Source of the DNA: a virus
Taxonomy: Duplodnaviria > Caudoviricetes
IMG/VR virus record: IMGVR_UViG_3300021400_000045
Location: 32,001 to 96,000 of that record
Strand: one strand, 5' to 3'
DNA: 64,000 nucleotides
In this document: piece after piece, positions 27,560 to 35,568 of the stretch
How positions within the stretch are numbered: position 1 is the first letter of the stretch
Layout: each line of letters begins with the position of its first letter
Translations under genes and position numbers: made by a program
Notes under the pieces: generated by a model
The model's database searches: none
Seen by the model: the letters and a program-made list of their open reading frames with translations, nothing else
Told to the model about the DNA's origin: nothing

Positions 27560-28030
27560 GCTGAGAACCTGGGGGTCAAAAATGCCTCATACGACAAGCG
27601 AGATGGCTATGTAGTCCCCCGCGATTGTTACAATTCTTATTTCTTCCTCTCCGAAGACACGACGCTCTCACCGATGGATAAGCTGAAGCTCCACGGCAGT
27701 GACTACACCAAGTACCTCGACGGTGGTTCTGCCTGTCACATCAATCTCTCGGAGCATCTGTCCAAGGAACAGTACAAATTCATTATGCAGAAGGCGATTG
27801 AATACGGGACACCGTATTTCACCTTCAACATCCCCAACACTGTCTGCCGCGACTGTGGGCATATTTCCAAGCACTACCTTGACAAGTGCCCAAAGTGCGG
27901 TAGCGATAACGTTGACTATGCGACACGCGTCATCGGCTACCTGACTCTGATTTCCAAATGGTCTTTAGACCGCCAGAAAGAAGGTGCGAAGCGGTATTAC
28001 GCCGGTGCAGACAAGGTGAAAGTAGTATGA
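27560..28030 (+). CDS. nrdD: anaerobic ribonucleotide reductase, exon 2
   Basis: AENLG, YNSY, LDGGSA.H, CRDCG...CPKCGS, glycyl-radical motif RVIGYL. Confidence 0.92.
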   Translation, partial: AENLGVKNASYDKRDGYVVPRDCYNSYFFLSEDTTLSPMDKLKLHGSDYTKYLDGGSACHINLSEHLSKEQYKFIMQKAIEYGTPYFTFNIPNTVCRDCGHISKHYLDKCPKCGSDNVDYATRVIGYLTLISKWSLDRQKEGAKRYYAGADKVKVV

Positions 28031-28524
28031 TCAAATACGTCAGTTATGCCGTGACGTTTGCTGAAGTCCCCGACGAGATCAGTCTGACTCTGGCCATCTC
28101 CAATTGCGGTGGTCATTGCCCAGGCTGTCACTCGCCGGAGCTCCGGCAGGATATCGGTCGTGACCTTGAGGCCGACCTCCCCGCCCTCCTGAAGAAGTAC
28201 AAGGGCCAGATCACCTGCGTCTGTTTCCTCGGCCAGGGCAACGACCCCGAAGCGCTCAAGGAGTGTCTTGAATACGTCAAGTATCACGGCCTCAAAACCT
28301 GTCTTTATACGGGTAGCGACAACTTCAGTCCCAATACTTCCCCGGCGTTCGGCTTTCTTGACTATATCAAGGTTGGGCCGTACATTGAGGGGCTTGGCGG
28401 GCTCGACAGCTCCACCACCAATCAGCGCATGTACAAGCGCTATTATAGCAAGAATATCGCCGGTGTCATCCTGCCCGATCAATGGCTTGACATCACGTCG
28501 GTGTTCCGTCGAAAAAAGCTATAA
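28027..28524 (+). CDS. nrdG: anaerobic RNR activase (radical SAM)
   Basis: EVPDEISL..ISNCGGHCPGCHS, DYIKVGPY, TTNQRMY. Confidence 0.9.
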   Translation: MIKYVSYAVTFAEVPDEISLTLAISNCGGHCPGCHSPELRQDIGRDLEADLPALLKKYKGQITCVCFLGQGNDPEALKECLEYVKYHGLKTCLYTGSDNFSPNTSPAFGFLDYIKVGPYIEGLGGLDSSTTNQRMYKRYYSKNIAGVILPDQWLDITSVFRRKKL

Positions 28525-28561
28525 GTTACCATTAACATGTGTGAACGCTAAGTTTGAGGAC

Positions 28562-28611
28562 ACAGTAAACGCACAGTAAAAGAATTTGAAACAGTAAACC
28601 GACAGTAAAAG
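28562..28611. repeat. four ACAGTAAA direct repeats
   Basis: starts at 28562, 28573, 28591, 28602 (11/18/11 spacing). Confidence 0.85.
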
Positions 28612-28621
28612 AGGTGAGACT

Positions 28622-29188
28622 ATGCATAAACCCAACCCGACCGCCATCTACTATTCCAAGAACAAGACGCGATACGACTACCCCAGCCGCAGCTACATCT
28701 GCCGCGAGGGCGAAAACGGGACGCTCTGGTCAATGGGCACTTACCCTACCAAGATCAGACCCAAAGACCTGCCCGACTATTACATATATGTTTACCTATA
28801 CGGCGGTTACAAGTACCTCCGCGCCACTCATGTCAAGGATATGATCTACAAGCCAAACATGTGGGTCAATCATTTCCTGAAGGACGACGTACTGTACATC
28901 TCCTATAACAAGCCGCTTGAAATGGTAGACACCAAGTGGGGCGGCAAGACCTGTGAGAACTACGATATCGCCCTGTTCGGCAATGATATCCTGATCTTCG
29001 TGGCGGCGGCCAAGTACTATTCCCATTACGACACAGCCGAGATCGAGCAGGCCATCAAGGACAAGTGGGAGCATTTCTGCAAGACCCACCCCGAAGAGCT
29101 TGAGCACTGGGCCAATAAGGACTGGCACTATGATCCGGCTGAATACGACGAGAAAGTGAGAGAGAACAAACTATGGCGCGGTACCTGA
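28622..29188 (+). CDS. hypothetical protein
   Basis: GAGGTG RBS; 188 aa, Tyr-rich. Confidence 0.75.
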   Translation: MHKPNPTAIYYSKNKTRYDYPSRSYICREGENGTLWSMGTYPTKIRPKDLPDYYIYVYLYGGYKYLRATHVKDMIYKPNMWVNHFLKDDVLYISYNKPLEMVDTKWGGKTCENYDIALFGNDILIFVAAAKYYSHYDTAEIEQAIKDKWEHFCKTHPEELEHWANKDWHYDPAEYDEKVRENKLWRGT

Positions 29189-29640
29189 AAAACGAACGGC
29201 AGAGCAAAGTCCTTGAGCTGATTGAAAAGTATGCCGTCCCCGACGCTGGCACACTCCAGCAGTTGCTGGCTGAAAACGGCTTCGTCTATGACGAGGCCAC
29301 CATCTACCGTGACATCACTGACCTGCATCTCGCCACCTCCGTACGCCCCGATGGCCGCATCGGCTTCGCGACGCCAGGTCAGATCGCCCACGAAAGTCTC
29401 GCCGAGCGCCTGTCCAAGCTGACCATTGAGGCCGCTATGCAGGTTGAGATGCTCAACATCTACGTCAAGATCCGCTGTATTCACGGCTGTGCGGAGGCGG
29501 TTGCCACATCCATCAACGCGCTGACCCTTGATCAGGTCTTCTGTTGTGTGGTGGCGCGTGACGACGTGCTCATCATATGCCGTTCTGAGGACGACGCCAA
29601 GTTTGTATTCAAAATTCTGGAGAAGGTGATAAACCAATGA
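29173..29640 (+). CDS. ArgR/AhrC-like arginine repressor homolog
   Basis: RQSKVLELI...LQQLL.ENGF...ATIYRDI.DL winged helix; C-terminal VK...G.AEAVA..I...ARDDVLIICR. Confidence 0.75.
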   Translation: MARYLKNERQSKVLELIEKYAVPDAGTLQQLLAENGFVYDEATIYRDITDLHLATSVRPDGRIGFATPGQIAHESLAERLSKLTIEAAMQVEMLNIYVKIRCIHGCAEAVATSINALTLDQVFCCVVARDDVLIICRSEDDAKFVFKILEKVINQ

Positions 29641-30155
29641 TCAAGTTCGAGAAAGTCCCTTTCAATACATTTATTCAGAGCGGCGAAGTAGTCGAGTGGA
29701 TAGCGCCCGACGTGCTTGAAGACCAGGAGTTCTGGGTCTCTGCCTATCAGGCCTTCGACCTGCCCACCCGCGCCACCAAAGCCTCTGCCGGTTACGATAT
29801 CCACACGCCGTTCGCGTTCACGCTGAAACCTGGCAAGGCGATCACCGTTCCAACCGGCCTGCGTTGCATCATGCCTGAGGACAGAGTCCTGCTCATCGCC
29901 CCGCGCTCCGGCCTTGGCTTCAAGTTCCGCATCGGGCTGGCAAATACTTTAGCCGTGATCGACGCAGACTACGCGAACTCCGACAACTATGGCCACATCA
30001 TGCTGAAGCTGGTCAACGACGGCGACAAGCCCGTCTACTTCCGGCGTAACGACCGTATCTGTCAGGGCATCATCGTGCGCTATGACGTGACCGACGATGA
30101 CACGGCAGACGGCGTCCGCAACGGCGGCTTCGGCAGTACCGACAACGCCTCATAA
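29637..30155 (+). CDS. dut: trimeric dUTPase
   Basis: PTRATKASAGYD, PTGL, PRSGLG, VIDADY, RICQGI, RNGGFGST. Confidence 0.93.
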   Translation: MIKFEKVPFNTFIQSGEVVEWIAPDVLEDQEFWVSAYQAFDLPTRATKASAGYDIHTPFAFTLKPGKAITVPTGLRCIMPEDRVLLIAPRSGLGFKFRIGLANTLAVIDADYANSDNYGHIMLKLVNDGDKPVYFRRNDRICQGIIVRYDVTDDDTADGVRNGGFGSTDNAS

Positions 30156-30166
30156 GGAGTATATTT

Positions 30167-30937
30167 ATGAACGATATCACCGTATTATGCGCAAATATTC
30201 CGGCGCTGTGCTGCCTGCGCCTAACCTGCACCTATCCTCTGGATACGCTGGGCGGCATCACCAAGCTGGTCGTCACGCGCAGGAACGTGGCAACCGGCAC
30301 GGACACCATTGTCATCAACAAGGCCGTCGAGGAGGTCGCCGATCTCATCTTCTCCTATGATGATCTTGAGGTCGTGTCCGGCTGCAAGTACCGCTACACG
30401 GTCAACATGCTCAACGGCAGTCTTGAGGTCATCCAGAGCGGGTTTGCCACCGCCGAGTTCTCCTTCAGCGGTATCTCGCTGGCCGACAGCACCGGCTCCT
30501 GGCACACCAATTTCGGTACCAGCGCCAACCAGTACTCTGAGTCCTACAAGTACACGCGCCCGCTCCAGTACGTCAACACACTGAGTAGCAAGTTCCCGCA
30601 CCGTGTTTCCAACGGCGAGGCGAGCTACGCGGTGGGCTCCTGTAACGGCTGGTGGGTACCCATGACCAAGGACGACTGCGGTTCCCCCGACCTCACTCAG
30701 GACGTGGCCGGTTACCGTGACGCGTTCATCGCGTTCCTGCGCAACGGGCATAACAAGCTCATGCGCACCGGCGACGGCAAGGCCTACATCGTGTCCATCG
30801 ACAGCGATGTCACGGAGAACTGGAGCCCGCGCACCAAGCTCACTACGATCGCTTTTAACTGGACGCAGGTCGGCGAGGTTGACCGGCCTGCCTACACCAA
30901 CGACACACCCAAGTGGCAAGGCGAGGTGGGGTTATGA
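30167..30937 (+). CDS. putative minor tail protein
   Basis: beta-rich; FL.NG..K.....G....V.I...I.FNW..VG pattern recalled from genes adjoining phage baseplate-hub genes. Confidence 0.5.
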   Translation: MNDITVLCANIPALCCLRLTCTYPLDTLGGITKLVVTRRNVATGTDTIVINKAVEEVADLIFSYDDLEVVSGCKYRYTVNMLNGSLEVIQSGFATAEFSFSGISLADSTGSWHTNFGTSANQYSESYKYTRPLQYVNTLSSKFPHRVSNGEASYAVGSCNGWWVPMTKDDCGSPDLTQDVAGYRDAFIAFLRNGHNKLMRTGDGKAYIVSIDSDVTENWSPRTKLTTIAFNWTQVGEVDRPAYTNDTPKWQGEVGL

Positions 30938-32517
30938 ACGTCACTCAGGACGACATCAACGCTGTCAACCAGCTCGACCACGTCGTCAGGTACAAGCTGG
31001 AGCTGCTCGACGAGTATCTGCTCGTCACCAGCGAAGTGACAGCAAGTGCCAAAGATGTCACTTTCAACATCGACGCTGAGTCCAACATGCGCCGCACCGG
31101 CACACTCACCCTGATCGTCGATGACGCCGACTGGGTCAAGGAAAACTTCGAGCTCGGCTGGATGGACAAGTTCGTCCGTTTTAGCATAGGTCTCCTGTAT
31201 AACGGCGATTACCGCTGGTATGTCCTCGGCACGATGGTCGCGACCTCAGACGCCTTTACCTTTGACGAGACCACCAACGAGCTCCAGCTGACGCTCACCG
31301 ATATCATGGGCCTGCTCAACTCCGAGCGCGGCAGTCAGATCGGCTGGCCCGTCAAGGTCACCATGAACTCCGTCATCAAAGAACAGCTCGACGTCACTAT
31401 CTCCAGATGGTCTCTCCTAAAGCGCACCGACATCGAGGACTTCCCCGATGTCATCCCTTACGACCAGGAGTTCTCCGAGGGCGTCTACCCATACGACATC
31501 CTGAAGAAGATCCTCGACCTCTTCCCGTGGTACGAGCAGTACTTCGATGTTGACGGTGTCTACCACGCTGGCAAGATCCCGATGCGCTTCAGTGACCCGT
31601 GCGTCGTGAATGCCGCCGACATCAATGACCTGATCATCTCTGAAAAGCGTTCCCTCGACTTCGGCCAGATCAAGAACACCACCGAGATCTGGGGCAAAAG
31701 GATCGCGGCCAACTATACCTCCCAGACCTGTGAGCTCGACACGACGTCGAACACCTATAAGCTGGGCTTCCTCATGCAGCTCCAGACCGTCGAGCCCAAC
31801 AAGCGCTACTGCTTCACACCAGACAAGGTCTCCCCGACCAACCCGACGCTAACCTTCACTGTGGTCGATGAAGATGACGAAACCAAGACGAAAACCGTCA
31901 CGCTCCCGCTTCTCGACTCCGACGGCAACGCGCTCCAGGCTGGCGCTCTCGCCGCAGGCTACGCTTATGTCGCCCGATGCGTGGCGACCGTGGTCGACGG
32001 CGACATCGTCAAGAAGATGTACCTGATGGGCATGAAGCAGATCCATGTCATCGTGCGCGAGATGAACGTCCAGCCCACCGCTGAAGTCATCGCCTCCGAC
32101 AAGCGCCGCAACGAGTGCCAGGATATCCGCTACATCATCAACCCAGACAGCCCCTACGCCTGTGACCGCTGGAACAACTCGTCCAACGTCCAAGCCCGCT
32201 TCAGTATTGAGAACGGCGAGATACGGCAGGTGCTAAAGGACGGCGACTACGCCAGCATCAACACGACCAGCCTTGCCTACCAGCGCGGCGAGTTCGAGAA
32301 TTACCTGCGCTGCCGCATGAACACGGCGGTCGAGCTGACCACCATCCTAATCCCGTTTATCGACGTGAACCAGAAGATCGAGTACACATCGCCCACCACT
32401 GGCGAGACCCACCAGTACATCGTTAAGTCCATTAACATGGACGTGACCCGCTTTACCATGACGATGCAGCTCTCGCGCTTCTACAACTACTACCCCTTCT
32501 TCCAGGACGAAGAGTGA
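30934..32517 (+). CDS. putative baseplate hub/tail protein (DUF5048-like)
   Basis: IDAESNMRRTGTL, IPYDQEF, YFDVDG, IKNTTEIWG, IPFIDVNQKIEY, YIVKSI. Confidence 0.6.
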   Translation: MNVTQDDINAVNQLDHVVRYKLELLDEYLLVTSEVTASAKDVTFNIDAESNMRRTGTLTLIVDDADWVKENFELGWMDKFVRFSIGLLYNGDYRWYVLGTMVATSDAFTFDETTNELQLTLTDIMGLLNSERGSQIGWPVKVTMNSVIKEQLDVTISRWSLLKRTDIEDFPDVIPYDQEFSEGVYPYDILKKILDLFPWYEQYFDVDGVYHAGKIPMRFSDPCVVNAADINDLIISEKRSLDFGQIKNTTEIWGKRIAANYTSQTCELDTTSNTYKLGFLMQLQTVEPNKRYCFTPDKVSPTNPTLTFTVVDEDDETKTKTVTLPLLDSDGNALQAGALAAGYAYVARCVATVVDGDIVKKMYLMGMKQIHVIVREMNVQPTAEVIASDKRRNECQDIRYIINPDSPYACDRWNNSSNVQARFSIENGEIRQVLKDGDYASINTTSLAYQRGEFENYLRCRMNTAVELTTILIPFIDVNQKIEYTSPTTGETHQYIVKSINMDVTRFTMTMQLSRFYNYYPFFQDEE

Positions 32518-32519
32518 GT

Positions 32520-32572
32520 AAAAAATAGGGAACCGTTTCAGGCTTCGTGCCCGAAATAGTTCCCTATTTTTT
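32520..32572. terminator. bidirectional intrinsic terminator
   Basis: AAAAAATAGGGAAC...GTTCCCTATTTTTT between convergent units. Confidence 0.8.
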
Positions 32573-32595
32573 AGCGGGTTATTAACAAAACATCA

Positions 32596-32714
32596 AAAAA
32601 AACAAGAGTCTGTTACACGTTGTGTGACAGGCTCTTTCAGGATGGGTGGGGTGACATTCCCACATCTCCTAACTAAGGGCGACGGCTGCCTGTTCCGTCC
32701 TCCGATCCTGTGGT
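32596..32714 (-). ncRNA. structured small RNA downstream of the PBECR nuclease
   Basis: own consensus promoter; closing stem CAGGAU/AUCCUG; hairpins GACGG..CCGUC and GUGGG..CCCAC; hairpin plus U8 terminator; no ORF. Confidence 0.7.
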
Positions 32715-32720
32715 AGTCAT

Positions 32721-32749
32721 ATTATAAATTATTATTCTTCTTATGTCAA
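32721..32749 (-). promoter_or_regulatory. sigmaA consensus promoter
   Basis: minus strand TTGACA(32749-32744)-17 bp-TATAAT(32726-32721); the -35 box overlaps the nuclease stop codon. Confidence 0.88.
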
Positions 32750-33117
32750 CATATTTTCTTTAGTGTTCCGCTTTTTACATATTGTTCAACGCGTTCTTTC
32801 CTTATCACGTATAGTGTTCTGGCATAGTACTTATCAGATTTGGTTGCCCGCACAGCTAATTTAACGTACTCGCCATCAACAATTATCTGTTTAATAAATT
32901 CTATCGTATTATCTCTTCTGTCATAGAAAACATAATCCGGCTCGGAGATTATTAACCCAATCCTGTCACCATATTTTCGGTAATCGTCTGGATGACTTGA
33001 TAACATATGTTTGATATTCTGATCTCCGAGATAAATTTTGGGATCGTCTGGCATGTCTATGCCAAGTGCTATCATTATGTTTTGTTCCAATCTCCCAACG
33101 ACCACTGTACGAGCCAC
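32746..33117 (-). CDS. PBECR (phage Barnase/EndoU/ColicinE5-D/RelE-like) fold nuclease
   Basis: IY.....IKHM...HP.DY..Y...I..II..PDYV...IEFIK...VAVR....YARTLY; AT-rich. Confidence 0.7.
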   Translation of the reverse strand: MARTVVVGRLEQNIMIALGIDMPDDPKIYLGDQNIKHMLSSHPDDYRKYGDRIGLIISEPDYVFYDRRDNTIEFIKQIIVDGEYVKLAVRATKSDKYYARTLYVIRKERVEQYVKSGTLKKIC

Positions 33118-33118
33118 C

Positions 33119-33295
33119 TCATGATATGTTCACTTTGATATCGATTTGGATCTTTGTGTCCCCAGCTATTGCCTCTTCCGGCACATCGTACGGCATTGTC
33201 TCCATCAAAGCTTGCGTCAATGTCTTTATTGTTGGAGATGATTTCATTTTATCGAAGTGAATCGCATCACTGTTGCTTTCGATTTCAGGTTTCAT
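33119..33295 (-). CDS. 58-aa hypothetical protein (not in ORF track)
   Basis: GAGGAGGTG RBS; MKPEIESNSDAIHFDKMKSS...KVNIS*; stop abuts nuclease start. Confidence 0.6.
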   Translation of the reverse strand: MKPEIESNSDAIHFDKMKSSPTIKTLTQALMETMPYDVPEEAIAGDTKIQIDIKVNIS

Positions 33296-33461
33296 AACAC
33301 CACCTCCTCTTAAAGTATAGCATATTCCGTCGCAAAAGCCAACAGGTTATTAACAAAACATCACCGCGATGGTGCTTTGTTAATGATCTGACAGTCCAAT
33401 AACGAGTAAGGTCTGCGTATTTCTTGATGTAATAATTGGTTACTTTTCTTTACCAAATCTG

Positions 33462-33508
33462 CCTTGGTAAGGATGAGGTCACCGGTTCAAATCCGGTCAT
33501 CAGCTCCA
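33462..33508 (+). other. attP core: 3' part of tRNA-Thr(GGT)
   Basis: CC-TTGGTAA-GGATGAGGTCACCGGTTCAAATCCGGTCATCAGCTCCA = anticodon loop, T-arm, acceptor 3' strand and CCA; 5' half absent; next to integrase. Confidence 0.88.
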
Positions 33509-33511
33509 CTG

Positions 33512-33545
33512 AAAACCTGCCGGAAACGGTGGGTTTTTTCTTTGT
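33512..33545 (+). terminator. terminator after the tRNA fragment
   Basis: AAAACCTGCCG-GAAA-CGGTGGGTTTT TTC. Confidence 0.75.
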
Positions 33546-33622
33546 TTTATACATGTTTTGCCCATATTTTTCCGACTGAGCTACCCAGCAACAGCGCATG
33601 TACGATCTGGTTTGGCCCAAAA

Positions 33623-33722
33623 TGTCACATAAACTGTGCATTTTTCGTGACATCGACCGTATCAAAGTCCCTTATTTCACTGCGGTTTTTGTCGGCGCAT
33701 CGTGTCACATCGCGTGTCACAT
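33623..33722. repeat. probable integrase arm-type sites (TGTCACAT)
   Basis: TGTCACAT at 33623; CGTGTCACAT tandem at 33701 and 33713; inverted GTGACA at 33647. Confidence 0.55.
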
Positions 33723-33750
33723 TGATATTCTTTGATCTTTTGACTTTCTT

Positions 33751-34962
33751 TTACCTATAGACACTCGCCACGATATTTCCTGCGGTGTCAATGCCAGCCC
33801 GCGTTTCGATATAGTGATCCATTGCTGTTGTACTGTACTTGGCATGGCCGAGCATACGCTGTACCAGCTTCTCATCATGCGTGGCGGCATACAGGTCGCT
33901 CGCAACTGTTGTCCTGAACCGGCGCGGTACGATCGTCCCGTCATAGCCGATGTCTTTTGCTATGCGCTTGCGCAGGTGGCATACCTGGGTGTAGCTCATG
34001 GGCTTCTCCCCGCTCACCACAAACTCTTCTGGCTCGCCTTTCCCGATGTACGGCAGTGCTGCCTCAGAGATCGCCATCTCACGCCTGCTTGCCTCAGTCT
34101 TCAGCCGCTCTCTGTATACCGGCCTGACTCTGTCCGGGTGTGTGACCGTGGCCCAGATGCGCATAATAGTCTGATCGCTAGTGCGTACTATGTTCTTGTA
34201 CTTCAGCCCCAGGCACTCCTCTGGCCGCAGAGGGTGAAACAGCATGAGTGCAAACCATGTCCTGTCACGCGGGTCTTTCACGCGGTCGATGTTCTGCACA
34301 AAGTATTTCATTTCCTCGACCGAGTACGCGGGCGTCTTCTCCTCCGGCTTCCCGATGATCCTGATACTGCGTGACTTCAGCGGGTTCTTGACCATGTAGT
34401 CCATTGATACCGCGTAATCGAACACCATGTTCATGACATGCTTGAGCTTGTCCTTGGTCGCCTTGGCAACATCGCCCATACTATTGAACAGTTTCTGGAC
34501 GTCGTCGCTGGTGATATCCTCTATGTACTTGTCGCCCCACGCCGGGTACATGTAGTATTCCAGCTGACGTTCATTGGTGATAGCGCTGGATCGTGTCAGG
34601 TTCGGCTTGTTGTACGTCTCGAACCAGTCAGACGCGAACTCCTTGAAGTTGTGCTTGTTTTCCTGTATCGGCGCTGTTTGTGGCACTGCGGCATTCTGTC
34701 CCAGCTCAAACACCTTTTGTAAAAGCGCCTGCTCTGAACTGGCAGTCACCCATATATCGGTTCCCCCGATATTGATGCGCCGCTTAATACGATTTGCCAT
34801 ATCGTTCTCCTTTAACTCCGGCAAACCGTTACTCGTTATCAGGCTGTCAAGATTCTCTTGGCCCAGAGCCATCTTCTGCAGCACACTCTGGACGACAGCT
34901 TGAGTATAAGCGTTCAGGAAGTCCATGTCAATAGTGGTGTTGGCGATCATATTCTCCATCAT
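33751..34962 (-). CDS. int: tyrosine integrase
   Basis: SAM-like domain (F..FA.DWF..Y, I.DIT.DDVQ, NP); catalytic LRPEECLGL, LKT, RRFRTT, LGHA, HY. Confidence 0.9.
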   Translation of the reverse strand: MMENMIANTTIDMDFLNAYTQAVVQSVLQKMALGQENLDSLITSNGLPELKENDMANRIKRRINIGGTDIWVTASSEQALLQKVFELGQNAAVPQTAPIQENKHNFKEFASDWFETYNKPNLTRSSAITNERQLEYYMYPAWGDKYIEDITSDDVQKLFNSMGDVAKATKDKLKHVMNMVFDYAVSMDYMVKNPLKSRSIRIIGKPEEKTPAYSVEEMKYFVQNIDRVKDPRDRTWFALMLFHPLRPEECLGLKYKNIVRTSDQTIMRIWATVTHPDRVRPVYRERLKTEASRREMAISEAALPYIGKGEPEEFVVSGEKPMSYTQVCHLRKRIAKDIGYDGTIVPRRFRTTVASDLYAATHDEKLVQRMLGHAKYSTTAMDHYIETRAGIDTAGNIVASVYR

Positions 34963-35037
34963 ATACGTTCTCCTTTATATTTACTTGCGCCTCAGTATTG
35001 TGATGTGATACAATAATAATGAATAATCATAAGCGAG

Positions 35038-35259
35038 GTGTTCCCTGTGTTAATGCAAAACGTTATTTCATCAAACATTGTAGGCATCGGCTACGATCCA
35101 GAAACCATGAGACTCGCAATTCGTTTCAGGTCTGGAGAGGTGTATACCTATATGAATGTTCCCCATGAGGTGTATGACGGTATAATGTCAGCCACATCAA
35201 AGGGAACATACCATGCTCAATACATCAAAAATGTTTATCCGTACAAGCGAGGTGTTTAA
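35038..35259 (+). CDS. KTSC domain protein
   Basis: SSNI..IGYD.....L.IRFRSG.VY.Y.NVP..VY...M.A.SKG.Y...IK. Confidence 0.9.
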   Translation: MFPVLMQNVISSNIVGIGYDPETMRLAIRFRSGEVYTYMNVPHEVYDGIMSATSKGTYHAQYIKNVYPYKRGV

Positions 35260-35438
35260 TCAATATTGATCAATACCTGCGCTGGCCCCTCCACAACAAA
35301 TGTTTTCTGATCGTAGGGGTTAATAAACTCGCTCGTAACGCCATCGCGCAAGGCAAGCTCTGCGGCAAGCCAGCTCGTCGGATAGTCTTTCAGCATATTG
35401 TGTATCTCTAAAATATCAGCAGGTTCCACCATATACAT
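35256..35438 (-). CDS. BC1881-like small protein
   Basis: L....T..L..EL..RDGV....I.PY......V.GPA.VLI.ID; AAGGAGG RBS. Confidence 0.65.
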   Translation of the reverse strand: MYMVEPADILEIHNMLKDYPTSWLAAELALRDGVTSEFINPYDQKTFVVEGPAQVLINID

Positions 35439-35527
35439 CCTCCTTAAATTTACATGATCTACCCGATAGGGTATAAAACCATCGACATCTACAATTCATG
35501 TACCCGTTCGGGAATAAACAAAGAAAG

Positions 35528-35560
35528 CCCACCAGCGAACGCTACTGGTGGGTATTTTTT
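35528..35560. terminator. terminator at the end of the late operon
   Basis: CCCACCAG...CTGGTGGG hairpin flanked by A- and T-tracts, just after the tape measure stop. Confidence 0.65.
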
Positions 35561-35568
35561 AACTCGAC

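Noticed and set aside
19462-28030. dnaE and nrdD as pseudogenes, intein-split genes or stop-codon recoding
   Set aside because: Both interruptions have group I intron hallmarks and precise in-frame rejoining. Other genes end normally at TAA, TGA and TAG.
33462-33508. Functional tRNA-Thr gene
   Set aside because: The 5' acceptor strand and D-arm are missing; it is best explained as the att core.
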